DNA from: Candidatus Latescibacterota bacterium
Lineage (GTDB): Bacteria; Latescibacterota; UBA2968
Length of the DNA stretch: 64,000 nt
Reading direction: 5' to 3'
Assembly (NCBI GenBank): GCA_965204745.1
Contig: OZ242010.1
Span: forward strand, 3,648,001 to 3,712,000
This document shows, in pieces, positions 9,656 through 17,773 of this stretch (the first letter of the stretch is position 1; every line of letters begins with the position of its first letter). Position numbers and translations under genes: made by a program. The notes below the pieces were generated by a model. The model had not been told where the DNA came from and searched no databases. It saw nothing but the letters and a program-made list of their open reading frames with translations.

Positions 9656-10054
9656 TCAGGCCTCCGCATCCAACACGCACTGAAAGGCCTCCAGATCATC
9701 CACTTGCACCGCTGCACGATGCAACCGCTTGAGCCTCGGCAAATCGTCGATAGCCGCAATGCGACCGGCGAACTGACCGGCAACGACCACATCAAAGCGA
9801 ATCTCCAACACGTCGAGGATAGCGGCAATGGTATGTTCTCTACCCCCTCGCTCGATTCCCTGCTCGATTCCCTGCTCGATTCCCTGCTCGATTCCCTGCT
9901 CGATTCCCTGCTCGATTCCCTGCTCGATTCCCTGCTCAATGCCCTGCTCAATGCCGCGCTCGATTCCCTGCTCGATTCCCTGCTCAAGAAACTGTTCCTT
10001 GAACTGTTCCTCGAGGTACTGGGCAAACGATGACTCACGCATAATCGCGTCCAT
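9656..10054 (-). CDS. Putative intragenic Rpn antitoxin (RpnS), internal in-frame start
   Basis: CAGGAGGGTTTTATG: strong SD with an in-frame ATG just before the GIEQ region. Confidence 0.55.
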   Translation of the reverse strand: MDAIMRESSFAQYLEEQFKEQFLEQGIEQGIERGIEQGIEQGIEQGIEQGIEQGIEQGIEQGIEQGIERGGREHTIAAILDVLEIRFDVVVAGQFAGRIAAIDDLPRLKRLHRAAVQVDDLEAFQCVLDAEA

Positions 10055-10693
10055 AAAACCCTCCTGTGAAAGAATCCGCATGATGGTGGCAGGATCATAA
10101 GCCAACCCACTCAAGACCGCCAAGCTACCCAAATAATTCGCCTTGTCTGCCTGATCCAACGAAACCGAATCGCCCTTGCGAACACACGCACGCAACCAGT
10201 CCTCGGAACCCATCCCCACAGGCGGCTTCATCAACGGCGCGAAAGGAAGCAAGCCGGCCTGGTCGCCTTCAAGAATGCCCTGCCCGTCCAGCTCGCTCAA
10301 CCGAAGCACCTTGTAGCGCACCAGCACGGGAAAGTCCGCATGATCTTGGCGGAAAAATCCCTTATCGCGGCGTCCGGCATTGGGACGCAGATAGATGACA
10401 AAGGAATAGACCGGCAAGCCATACTGCTCGATGAGACGGATGATATAGGAAGCCATGCGACGAGCCATATTCGCGCTGTCGGTGGTTTGAAATTCGATGT
10501 GTACCAAGGCTTCCTCGCCATCGATCCGCACGCGAATCACGCTATCGGCCAGGCGCGTTTCAACCCTGGGGAGTTCGGAGTCGAGGATTTCTTCAACTTC
10601 AATTTCGACATCCTCGCGTCCGAGAGCCAAGCGGATGAGGGCTTGCGGGTAGAGGTGAATCAACTGCTTGGGAATCGTATCGTATTCTGCCAT
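9656..10693 (-). CDS. Rpn family recombination-promoting nuclease/putative transposase
   Basis: PD-(D/E)XK-like ADSV..HIEFQT, MARRMASY motif, C-terminal GIEQ repeats, AGGAGG RBS. Confidence 0.9.
   Translation of the reverse strand: MAEYDTIPKQLIHLYPQALIRLALGREDVEIEVEEILDSELPRVETRLADSVIRVRIDGEEALVHIEFQTTDSANMARRMASYIIRLIEQYGLPVYSFVIYLRPNAGRRDKGFFRQDHADFPVLVRYKVLRLSELDGQGILEGDQAGLLPFAPLMKPPVGMGSEDWLRACVRKGDSVSLDQADKANYLGSLAVLSGLAYDPATIMRILSQEGFMDAIMRESSFAQYLEEQFKEQFLEQGIEQGIERGIEQGIEQGIEQGIEQGIEQGIEQGIEQGIEQGIERGGREHTIAAILDVLEIRFDVVVAGQFAGRIAAIDDLPRLKRLHRAAVQVDDLEAFQCVLDAEA
9848..9987 (-). repeat. 12-bp coding tandem repeat (GIEQ)n
   Basis: About 11 copies of GAGCAGGGAATC. Confidence 0.95.
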
Positions 10694-10854
10694 GGGGCGC
10701 CTCCTGATGTGCTATGGTTTGAACGACTTGCGGAACAACAATAAATAATCTCCAATCCCTCTCGCGATGTCAAGTGATTTTCCCATTTGCTCCGCCCCAC
10801 CACAAGCCCTATCCCCAAGATACAAGAGGTGCCCCCACGTTTAAGCGCGAATGT

Positions 10855-10906
10855 TGTGTAAAGCCAAAAGCCCCGGAGAAATCCGGGGCTTTTGGCTTTT
10901 TACACA
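10855..10906. terminator. Long hairpin, probable bidirectional terminator
   Basis: TGTGTAAAGCCAAAAGCCCCGGA-GAAA-TCCGGGGCTTTTGGCTTTT(T)ACACA. Confidence 0.7.
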
Positions 10907-10974
10907 CTTTGGGGATTCAACTCGCCTTTGAACGGGCTATCGCCAGTTGTACCGCTCGTGGCTAAAATCCCATC

Positions 10975-12432
10975 TTACGTCTTGCCTCGCCACTTCGCCG
11001 TGCCGTACTCGCGTTGGTTCAATGGGCCTGGCGCGGATTGACCCGAACTGCCGAGTTCGACTTCGCCGCGCAATTCCCCGTCTGACAGCACACCCACGAA
11101 CCGATATGCCAGATGGCATCCCTCGAACCGATGCTGGCTCGCAAATGCGATTTCGTTTCCGGTTACAGTGCCGGTCAGGGGATTGTTGAGCCAGCGCGTT
11201 TGGTGCGTGCCGGTTAAGGTGTTTGCGTGTTGCACGAGCTCTACGCGGTGCCGCGCTGTTTGTCGCACATGTGCGATTGTGATGTCCCATGTTCCCGATA
11301 CATTGACGGGGGCTGGCGCTGTGCGTGCTTGGGGCAAAGGCGCGTTGTCCAATGCGTTGCGGATGCGTTGCCCAACGATCTCTGCGTCGCCGGGCTGGAG
11401 TGAAAACGGGAGTATGAAGATGGATGTATCCGTGGCCCCCCGATCATCTAGCATAATGCGCGGCTCCCCGTGCAAAAGTTGGTCGCGCAAGCCAAGCCCG
11501 GTCAAGCCGATGCGATCTCCTGCCCAGCGGATTTCCAATTTGGGAACATCGGATCGATTGGACGCGAGGATTTTGGCATCCACGCCCGGCACTTGCGTTA
11601 CATGCTGGGCTATGGCTTCGAGATCGGCGATCCACCCCGCGTATTCGCCCGCGAGATCGCGTTTTGTCAGCAGATATTCCACCGCCGCGAGAACGCCCAT
11701 CACCTCCTCTTTGCCGATTTTCATGGCGCGGCCCAAGGTGTGATGCGGCGCGGCATGCACCCACGCGGCTTCGACCAAATCGCGATCCCCGAGCAACAAG
11801 CCCGTGGGCTGTGGCCCGCGGAGGTATTTGCCCCCGCTATACGCGACCAAATTCGCCCCGCGTTGCGTGTAGGGTTCGGGAGATCGCAAGTGCTCTGACG
11901 CCGCATCGACCAGCACGGGAACGCCTCGCGGGCGCGCCATCTCGACAATCGCCTCCAGCATCTCATCCGCCTCCCAAGTGCCCAGTAGGGCGACCATCGC
12001 CACCTGCTCTCGGTTGAGCGCGTCATCCATTTCCCGCATAGAATCCACCTCTACGATAGTCGCGCCCACAGACCGAATCGCGTGATCATAAGTAAATCGG
12101 CTCTCTTTGGGCATGACGACCTCGGCCTGCATCCCGCGCGTATCGGGCAGGCGAAACATCAACTCGGGATCGCCCCCCGTGATGCAAGCCGCTGTTGCAT
12201 GGCACAAACACGTTGCCGCGCCGGATGCGACCATGCCCCATTCCGCGGCCGTGAGTTCGGCCAACCGCTCGCCCGCCCCGGCCATGAGTTCGTCCATGTT
12301 GACAAAAAAGCGCGACGCATCCCGCATCGCATCGCGCACCTGCGGCAACATCAGCGTGCCCCCGTGAATGGTCCGCGTGCCGCAGCAGTTGATAAACGAC
12401 CGCACGCCGAGTTGGGTATAGGGATTGTTCAC
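10975..12432 (-). CDS. SelA-like/DgaE-family PLP-dependent enzyme with a C-terminal beta-rich extension
   Basis: FINCCGTRTIHGG, VLVDAA and YSGGKYLRGPQ motifs; GAGGAG RBS before GTG. Confidence 0.85.
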   Translation of the reverse strand: MNNPYTQLGVRSFINCCGTRTIHGGTLMLPQVRDAMRDASRFFVNMDELMAGAGERLAELTAAEWGMVASGAATCLCHATAACITGGDPELMFRLPDTRGMQAEVVMPKESRFTYDHAIRSVGATIVEVDSMREMDDALNREQVAMVALLGTWEADEMLEAIVEMARPRGVPVLVDAASEHLRSPEPYTQRGANLVAYSGGKYLRGPQPTGLLLGDRDLVEAAWVHAAPHHTLGRAMKIGKEEVMGVLAAVEYLLTKRDLAGEYAGWIADLEAIAQHVTQVPGVDAKILASNRSDVPKLEIRWAGDRIGLTGLGLRDQLLHGEPRIMLDDRGATDTSIFILPFSLQPGDAEIVGQRIRNALDNAPLPQARTAPAPVNVSGTWDITIAHVRQTARHRVELVQHANTLTGTHQTRWLNNPLTGTVTGNEIAFASQHRFEGCHLAYRFVGVLSDGELRGEVELGSSGQSAPGPLNQREYGTAKWRGKT

Positions 12433-12568
12433 AGATGATCTCCTCGTTCGCAATAATTTGGGAATGGTGCGAGGACAGGCACGGGCCTGCTACTTTAATT
12501 CAGTGGGCCTGTCCCTGCGAGCGACTTGATTTGCCAACCGCTTGGGAGGAGGGAGGGAGATAGGGCGG

Positions 12569-12591
12569 ACTGACAACTGACAACTGACAAC
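12569..12591 (+). repeat. (ACTGACA)n heptamer array, IS target
   Basis: About three copies abutting the IS terminal repeat. Confidence 0.9.
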
Positions 12592-13011
12592 GGCGTTGTT
12601 GCATAAATAGCTATTGCCTGCAAGTTGGGATTGCAAAAAGACAAGCTCCTTCGTAGATTGGGCATATGGAGCACCGAAACCACTCACCCTTTCTCACCAG
12701 GAACCTGTCATGCCCAAGATAACCGCTTCCAAGACCGCCGTCAAGGCCCCTCGTCGCCCTCGTCGCCCGCGCTGTGCGCCTGTCTATCGGGTTCGGAACT
12801 GGCCGGCCTACGAGGCCGGTCTCAAGCAGCGGGGCAGTCTGACGTTTTGGATTACACCGCAAGCCCTTCGGGGGTGGTACCATCAAGGGCCAACGCAACG
12901 GGGGAGGCAAAACACCTTTTCAGATTTGGCTATTCAAACGGCACTGATGTTGCGCTTGGTCTCTGCCTTGCCCCTGCGTCAAACCGAGGGGTTTCTCACG
13001 TCCATCCTGGC
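12592..13011 (+). mobile_element. Truncated IS5-family (IS903-like) element: left end plus 5' transposase from 12710
   Basis: TIR GGCGTTGTTGCATAAAT; YRVRNWPAYEAGLKQRGSLTFW; near-identical to the corresponding end of the 42171-43346 copy. Confidence 0.9.
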
Positions 13012-13216
13012 GCGTGGAGATGACGCGGGAGAGCGTCACACTGCCCACGCACATCCCGGCCATGAACGTGCCGAGCAAGATGCCGAGGGAAATGGCCGAA
13101 GACCCGACGACGAGTTGCAACATCTGAAACCAGACGATTTCGTAGATGAGCGCGGCACACCCACTGCCCGCGAACAGGGCGACGAGCAAGGGGAGAAATT
13201 TGGGCTTGGCGCGCAT
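13008..13216 (-). pseudogene. 5' remnant of a fused MFS/spermidine synthase-like gene
   Basis: SGCAALIYEIVW..LQLVVGSSAISLGILLGTFMAG N-terminus that ends at the IS fragment. Confidence 0.75.
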
Positions 13217-13299
13217 ATAATCGTTGTCCTTGAATTGTATTTTTCGTAAGTTTAACGACCGCTAGCGAAGTTGTGCAGCCCTATTTTAAGGAGATCGTC

Positions 13300-14073
13300 A
13301 TGCAACTCACGACCGAACAAATCCGCGAATTTTACGAGCGCGGGTACGTCAAAATCCCCGGTGCCATCTCGAAGGCGATGGTGGATACGGCGCGGCAGGC
13401 CGTCAACCATTCGATTGGCACGCTAGGGCCGAATGGCGAGGATATGTCCAAGCATCGCGCCGCGCAGTTTTGCCGCGACTTGAATGGCAGTCCCGTGATT
13501 ATGGACCTGTTCAACAACAGCCCGGTCTGTTCCCTCGCCGAATCCCTGATGGGAGAGGGCAACTTGCAAAAGCCCATCCAAGGCGCGCAGGTGGCGCCGC
13601 GGTTTCCCAATGTCATCGGCAAAGACCCGGCCGAACCGCGGGGGCATCTCGACGGCATGGGCACGGGCATGAATGGCATGCCCAAAGGCGTGTACCGCCG
13701 CGATTTCACCTGTTTTGCCGTCATTTACCTGGCCGATGTGCCCGAGTCCTTTAGCGGCAATTTCACGGTTTGGCCGGGGTCGCATCGCTTTTTTGAATCC
13801 TACTTCAAGCGCGAGGGGCTCGAAGTGCTCTCCGATGGTACGCCGCATGTGGCATTGCCCGAAGGTCCGGATATGATCACCGGCAACGCGGGCGATCTCG
13901 TTCTCGCACACCACCAGATGGTCCACAGCGCCGGCCCGAATGCGTCTCCCAATATTCGCTATGCGACCATTGCCCGCCTCCGCCACGTCGATTGCACTGA
14001 AAACGGCAATCGGGGCTTCCTCGACATCTGGCGCGAATTTCCCCGAGTGCGCGAAGTGCTCGCAGCGGCATAA
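13300..14073 (+). CDS. Phytanoyl-CoA dioxygenase (PhyH) family protein
   Basis: LTTEQIREFYERGY, HLD, GNFTVWPGSH and distal His; AAGGAG RBS. Confidence 0.9.
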   Translation: MQLTTEQIREFYERGYVKIPGAISKAMVDTARQAVNHSIGTLGPNGEDMSKHRAAQFCRDLNGSPVIMDLFNNSPVCSLAESLMGEGNLQKPIQGAQVAPRFPNVIGKDPAEPRGHLDGMGTGMNGMPKGVYRRDFTCFAVIYLADVPESFSGNFTVWPGSHRFFESYFKREGLEVLSDGTPHVALPEGPDMITGNAGDLVLAHHQMVHSAGPNASPNIRYATIARLRHVDCTENGNRGFLDIWREFPRVREVLAAA

Positions 14074-14134
14074 TACCAAAGGGATCAGGCGTTGCTTGTC
14101 TAAAGCGTTTGGTCCTTTGATGGCGTTGACCGAG

Positions 14135-14460
14135 GGGACCTATCCCCCGGCCCCTTTCCTACGAGGAAAGGGGAGTAAAGCTCCATTGATGGCTTCTCGC
14201 TCTGGTTGCTCTGATGGCGGTGCGCGAGGGCATAAAGCGATTAAAAACCCCTCACACCATCCCCTCGTAAAACCCATCCGCGTTCCCCCCTTCCTCGCAG
14301 GAAGGGGGGTTAGGGGGGTAGGTCCCGATAGGGCATAAAGCGATTAAAAATCCCTCACACCATCCCCTCGCAAAACCCATCCGCGTTCCCCCCTTCCTCA
14401 AAGGCACAGGCGTAGCCTACAACGAAGCGAAGCGAGTAACGGGGGTTAGGGGGCTGGGCG
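14135..14460. repeat. Composite REP-like repeat cluster with an ~70-bp direct repeat
   Basis: CCCCTTCCT..AGGAAGGGG palindromes; closely related block at 32625-32900. Confidence 0.85.
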
Positions 14461-14462
14461 GT

Positions 14463-14508
14463 CTGACAACTGACAACTGACAACCGACAACCGACAACCG
14501 ACAACTGA
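14463..14508 (+). repeat. (ACTGACA/ACCGACA)n heptamer array
   Basis: About six copies directly before the RBS of the next gene. Confidence 0.9.
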
Positions 14509-14520
14509 TAGGAGTTCACC

Positions 14521-15297
14521 ATGTCCATTACCGATGCACAAAAACGCCAATTTGTCGAGGAAGGGTATCTCAAAATCTCGGGGGCTGTGCCCAAGCACAT
14601 GATCGAAACGGCGCGGCGCGCGGTCAATTATTCCATTGGCAATGTGGGCCTTGGCGGTGAAGACCTCGCAAATCACCGCTCGGGATTCTTTTGCGCCGAA
14701 CTGTTGGACGCGCCGTTCATCATCGACATGTACAACGAGACGCCGGTGATGGAGATCGCCGAAGCCCTGATGGGCAAGGGCAATGTCCTGCCGGTTGCAC
14801 GCGCCAAAACCTATCCGCGCTTCCCCATGCCACTCGGCGCAGAACCCTCGCCGCCGCGGGGCCATATTGACGGCATTGGCAACGGCACCAATGGCACGGC
14901 CAAGGGCGATTACAAGCGCGGATTCACGGCGTTTGCCGTCGTCTATCTCGTGGATGTGCCCGAACCGTTCAGCGGCAATTTCACGGTTTGGCCCAAGTCC
15001 CATCGCTTTTTTGCGGACTATTTCAAAACGCACGGTCACGAAGTGCTCGCCCAAGGCATGCCTCGCCCCGATCTGCCCGAAGACCCGGTGATGATCACCG
15101 GCAACGCGGGCGATTTCATTCTCGCGCATCATCAGGTCGTTCACGGCTCGTGTCCCAACGCCTCGCCCAACGTGCGCTTGGCGACCATCTCTCGCCTCAA
15201 GCACAAAGATGCCGATCAAATCGGCAAGGATGCGTACACAGAGATATGGCGCGAATGGCCCGGTCTTCACGACGTGCTCAATGGAAAATCCGAGTGA
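14521..15297 (+). CDS. PhyH family dioxygenase (paralog of 13300-14073)
   Basis: GHIDG and GNFTVWPKSH motifs; colinear with the upstream paralog. Confidence 0.9.
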   Translation: MSITDAQKRQFVEEGYLKISGAVPKHMIETARRAVNYSIGNVGLGGEDLANHRSGFFCAELLDAPFIIDMYNETPVMEIAEALMGKGNVLPVARAKTYPRFPMPLGAEPSPPRGHIDGIGNGTNGTAKGDYKRGFTAFAVVYLVDVPEPFSGNFTVWPKSHRFFADYFKTHGHEVLAQGMPRPDLPEDPVMITGNAGDFILAHHQVVHGSCPNASPNVRLATISRLKHKDADQIGKDAYTEIWREWPGLHDVLNGKSE

Positions 15298-15305
15298 GGT
15301 ACCCC

Positions 15306-16094
15306 ATGCCTATCGCCATAACCGAAGCGCAGAAGCGGCAATACAGGGACGAGGGCTATTTTATCCTCGAATCCGTTATTCCCGATCACCACCTCGAACT
15401 CTTGCGCGGGGCATGCCAGACCTTTATCGACCAAATGCACGCACGCATGGATGAGCGAGGCACGGATACCCTTGGCATCAACCATCGCAACAAACGCTAC
15501 TTTGTCTCCAACTGCTTTCGCCAGCAACCGAGCCTTCGCGCCTTCCTTTTTAGCGATCTCATGGCCGCTATCTGCCGTGCGACCTTGGACGACAACGCCT
15601 ATCTTTTTTGGGAACAGTATGTCGTCAAAGGCGCGGAAACCGGCATGAAATTTTCATGGCATCAGGACTCTGGCTATGTGGGATATCCGGACCACAAACC
15701 CTATCTCACCTGCTGGTGCGCGTTAGATGATATGCGCGAAGAAAACGGCACGATTCACCTCTTGCCCTATTCGCGTAGCGGCATCCGATCTTGGGTACAA
15801 CACATCGCGGAAGAAGGTAGCAACGACAAAGTCGGCTATTTTGGCGATGATCCCGGGCTGATTGTCGCAGTGCCCGCGGGCAGTATTGTCGCTTTCTCCA
15901 GTATCGTCTTTCACAGCAGCAGCACCAACACCACCCCAAATCTGAGACGCGCTTACCTCGGGCAATACTCCTGTGAACCCATCCTCTCGGCCGATGGCAA
16001 CAAACTCTGGGGCAATGCCGAACCCTTCCTCCGCGATGGGCAATCCGCAGTCGGTGAACCGCCACCCGTCTTGTCACCGAGGCCGGATGAGTAA
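15306..16094 (+). CDS. PhyH family dioxygenase
   Basis: WHQDSGY, CWCALDD..ENG and FHSSSTN motifs. Confidence 0.9.
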   Translation: MPIAITEAQKRQYRDEGYFILESVIPDHHLELLRGACQTFIDQMHARMDERGTDTLGINHRNKRYFVSNCFRQQPSLRAFLFSDLMAAICRATLDDNAYLFWEQYVVKGAETGMKFSWHQDSGYVGYPDHKPYLTCWCALDDMREENGTIHLLPYSRSGIRSWVQHIAEEGSNDKVGYFGDDPGLIVAVPAGSIVAFSSIVFHSSSTNTTPNLRRAYLGQYSCEPILSADGNKLWGNAEPFLRDGQSAVGEPPPVLSPRPDE

Positions 16095-16125
16095 GACCAA
16101 ATCGCCCTTTTTGGTATAACGCCAG

Positions 16126-16974
16126 TCAAGACCTCGGATGCCCCGCTTCCTCCATCAACCGCAACCAATCTCTGTGACTCGTTGCAACCCGCTCTGGATC
16201 GACCCGGCTTCGGGCGACAAAACCGGGCACCTGCTCGCGCCCGGTTGGCAATCTGTAATCGCTGTATCGAATGTCCAGGCTCCAGCGGATGTGGTCGGCC
16301 TGGTTTGGAAATGAGCGATGGACGGTCTTGTGCTGAATCAGGGCCGCGCCCCCGGCTGGCAACGCGGACGAGACGCGCTCGCCCGGCGGCAACTCCGCTT
16401 CGGGAATTTCCAACTCGCCCCCCACTTTTTGGTGGAGAATAATCCCGTGCTTATGGCTTCCGGCCAAAATTTCCAGACAGCCATTTTCCACATGGGTAGG
16501 GACCAGCGGCACCCAAAAGTTGATCATAAACGTCTCTTCCACCTCTGGATCCAAAAACGCGATGTCCTGATGCCACGCCACTTCTGCTTCGCCGGGCATT
16601 TTTGCGCGGATGTTAAACTGCGGATGCACCAGGATTTCCGGGCCAATAATCGACTCGACCACGTTCAGGATGGCGGGATGGGTGAGCAAATAAAACAATC
16701 CCGCAGTCTTGTGGGCCTTGCCCAAAATCTCGCTGACAAACCGCTTGTCCGTTCCCATAGCCGCGCAGAGAAGTGCCAACCGCCGCTCAAATGGCGCGTC
16801 TGCAAACACCTCCCCCAACTGACCACGCGCCTGGGCCTCCCGCGCCCTGCGGTCAATCGCCGCATTAAACTCCTCCACCAACGGCTGATACGCTTCTGTG
16901 GGCAGGCATTCGCCCAGCAACAAATATCCTTCCGATTTGTAAAAAGCAATCTGCTCCTCCGTCAAACCAGCCAT
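16126..16974 (-). CDS. PhyH family dioxygenase
   Basis: LTEEQIAFYKSEGY, WHQD, ENGCLEILAGSH motifs; AGGAGG RBS. Confidence 0.9.
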   Translation of the reverse strand: MAGLTEEQIAFYKSEGYLLLGECLPTEAYQPLVEEFNAAIDRRAREAQARGQLGEVFADAPFERRLALLCAAMGTDKRFVSEILGKAHKTAGLFYLLTHPAILNVVESIIGPEILVHPQFNIRAKMPGEAEVAWHQDIAFLDPEVEETFMINFWVPLVPTHVENGCLEILAGSHKHGIILHQKVGGELEIPEAELPPGERVSSALPAGGAALIQHKTVHRSFPNQADHIRWSLDIRYSDYRLPTGREQVPGFVARSRVDPERVATSHRDWLRLMEEAGHPRS

Positions 16975-16990
16975 TGTCCTCCTCCTGTTT

Positions 16991-17773
16991 TTATCTCGCC
17001 CGAAAATCCCTATCGCCTTTGAACGGCATGGTCTCGCCCGGAATATATCGCGGGCGCGGGGCGTAGGCATTTTTGACATCGGGATCGGCTTTGCCGCGTA
17101 CGAGGATGTTTTCGTGGTTTTCTCTTTGAACCCATGTGGTCGTTGGAATATAGCGCAGGGTGAGGCCAACGCGCCATTGGTCGGATGTGTTGGCATTGGA
17201 GCCGTGGATGATATTGGGATTGTGGATCGAGACGTCGCCGGCCTGGAGTTCGAGATCGACCGCGTCTGAATCGTCGATCTGGTCCGGGCGAATGCCCACG
17301 CCGAGCACGTACTTTTCCGCGTCCAAGGCCATGAGTTCGCGGCGTTTGAGCAAGTGCTTGTTCTGCGTGCCGGGCAAGACGCGCATGCAACCATTTTCAA
17401 TTGTCGATGCCGTGCCCGCAACCCAGAGGGTGGTCACTTCCATCGGCTCGAGGGGCCAGTAAGAACCGTCTTGATGCCACTGCACGGCCCGACCATCGCC
17501 CGGGGGTTTGGCGATGTAATGCGCCGCAAATAGCGCGATGTCGGGGCCGAGGAATTGTTCGGCGATATCGACGAGGCGTTCATCCCCTACGAGCCGGTGC
17601 ATGAATGGATCGTGCGCCAGCAGATGGTGATGCAGGTGTTCTGGACGCACGCCAGGGTTTCTTTCGATCAACCAATGGACGTGCTGAACCGTTTCTGCGG
17701 CGAGCTCTGGATCGATGGCGTTCCGTGCGATCACATAGCCGCGTTGGTCGTAGTCGCGCCGTAAATTTTTCAT
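16991..17773 (-). CDS. PhyH family dioxygenase
   Basis: WHQDGSYW, ENGCMRVLPGT and IHGSNAN motifs. Confidence 0.9.
   Translation of the reverse strand: MKNLRRDYDQRGYVIARNAIDPELAAETVQHVHWLIERNPGVRPEHLHHHLLAHDPFMHRLVGDERLVDIAEQFLGPDIALFAAHYIAKPPGDGRAVQWHQDGSYWPLEPMEVTTLWVAGTASTIENGCMRVLPGTQNKHLLKRRELMALDAEKYVLGVGIRPDQIDDSDAVDLELQAGDVSIHNPNIIHGSNANTSDQWRVGLTLRYIPTTTWVQRENHENILVRGKADPDVKNAYAPRPRYIPGETMPFKGDRDFRAR

Noticed and set aside
10975-12432. True selenocysteine synthase selA
   Set aside because: Lacks the INATGV.LHTNLGRA-type signature and the N-terminal tRNA-binding domain; matches the SelA-like/DgaE group
12614-13249. 211-aa ORF as a real gene
   Set aside because: Chimera of a transposase N-terminus and antisense of a truncated membrane-protein gene
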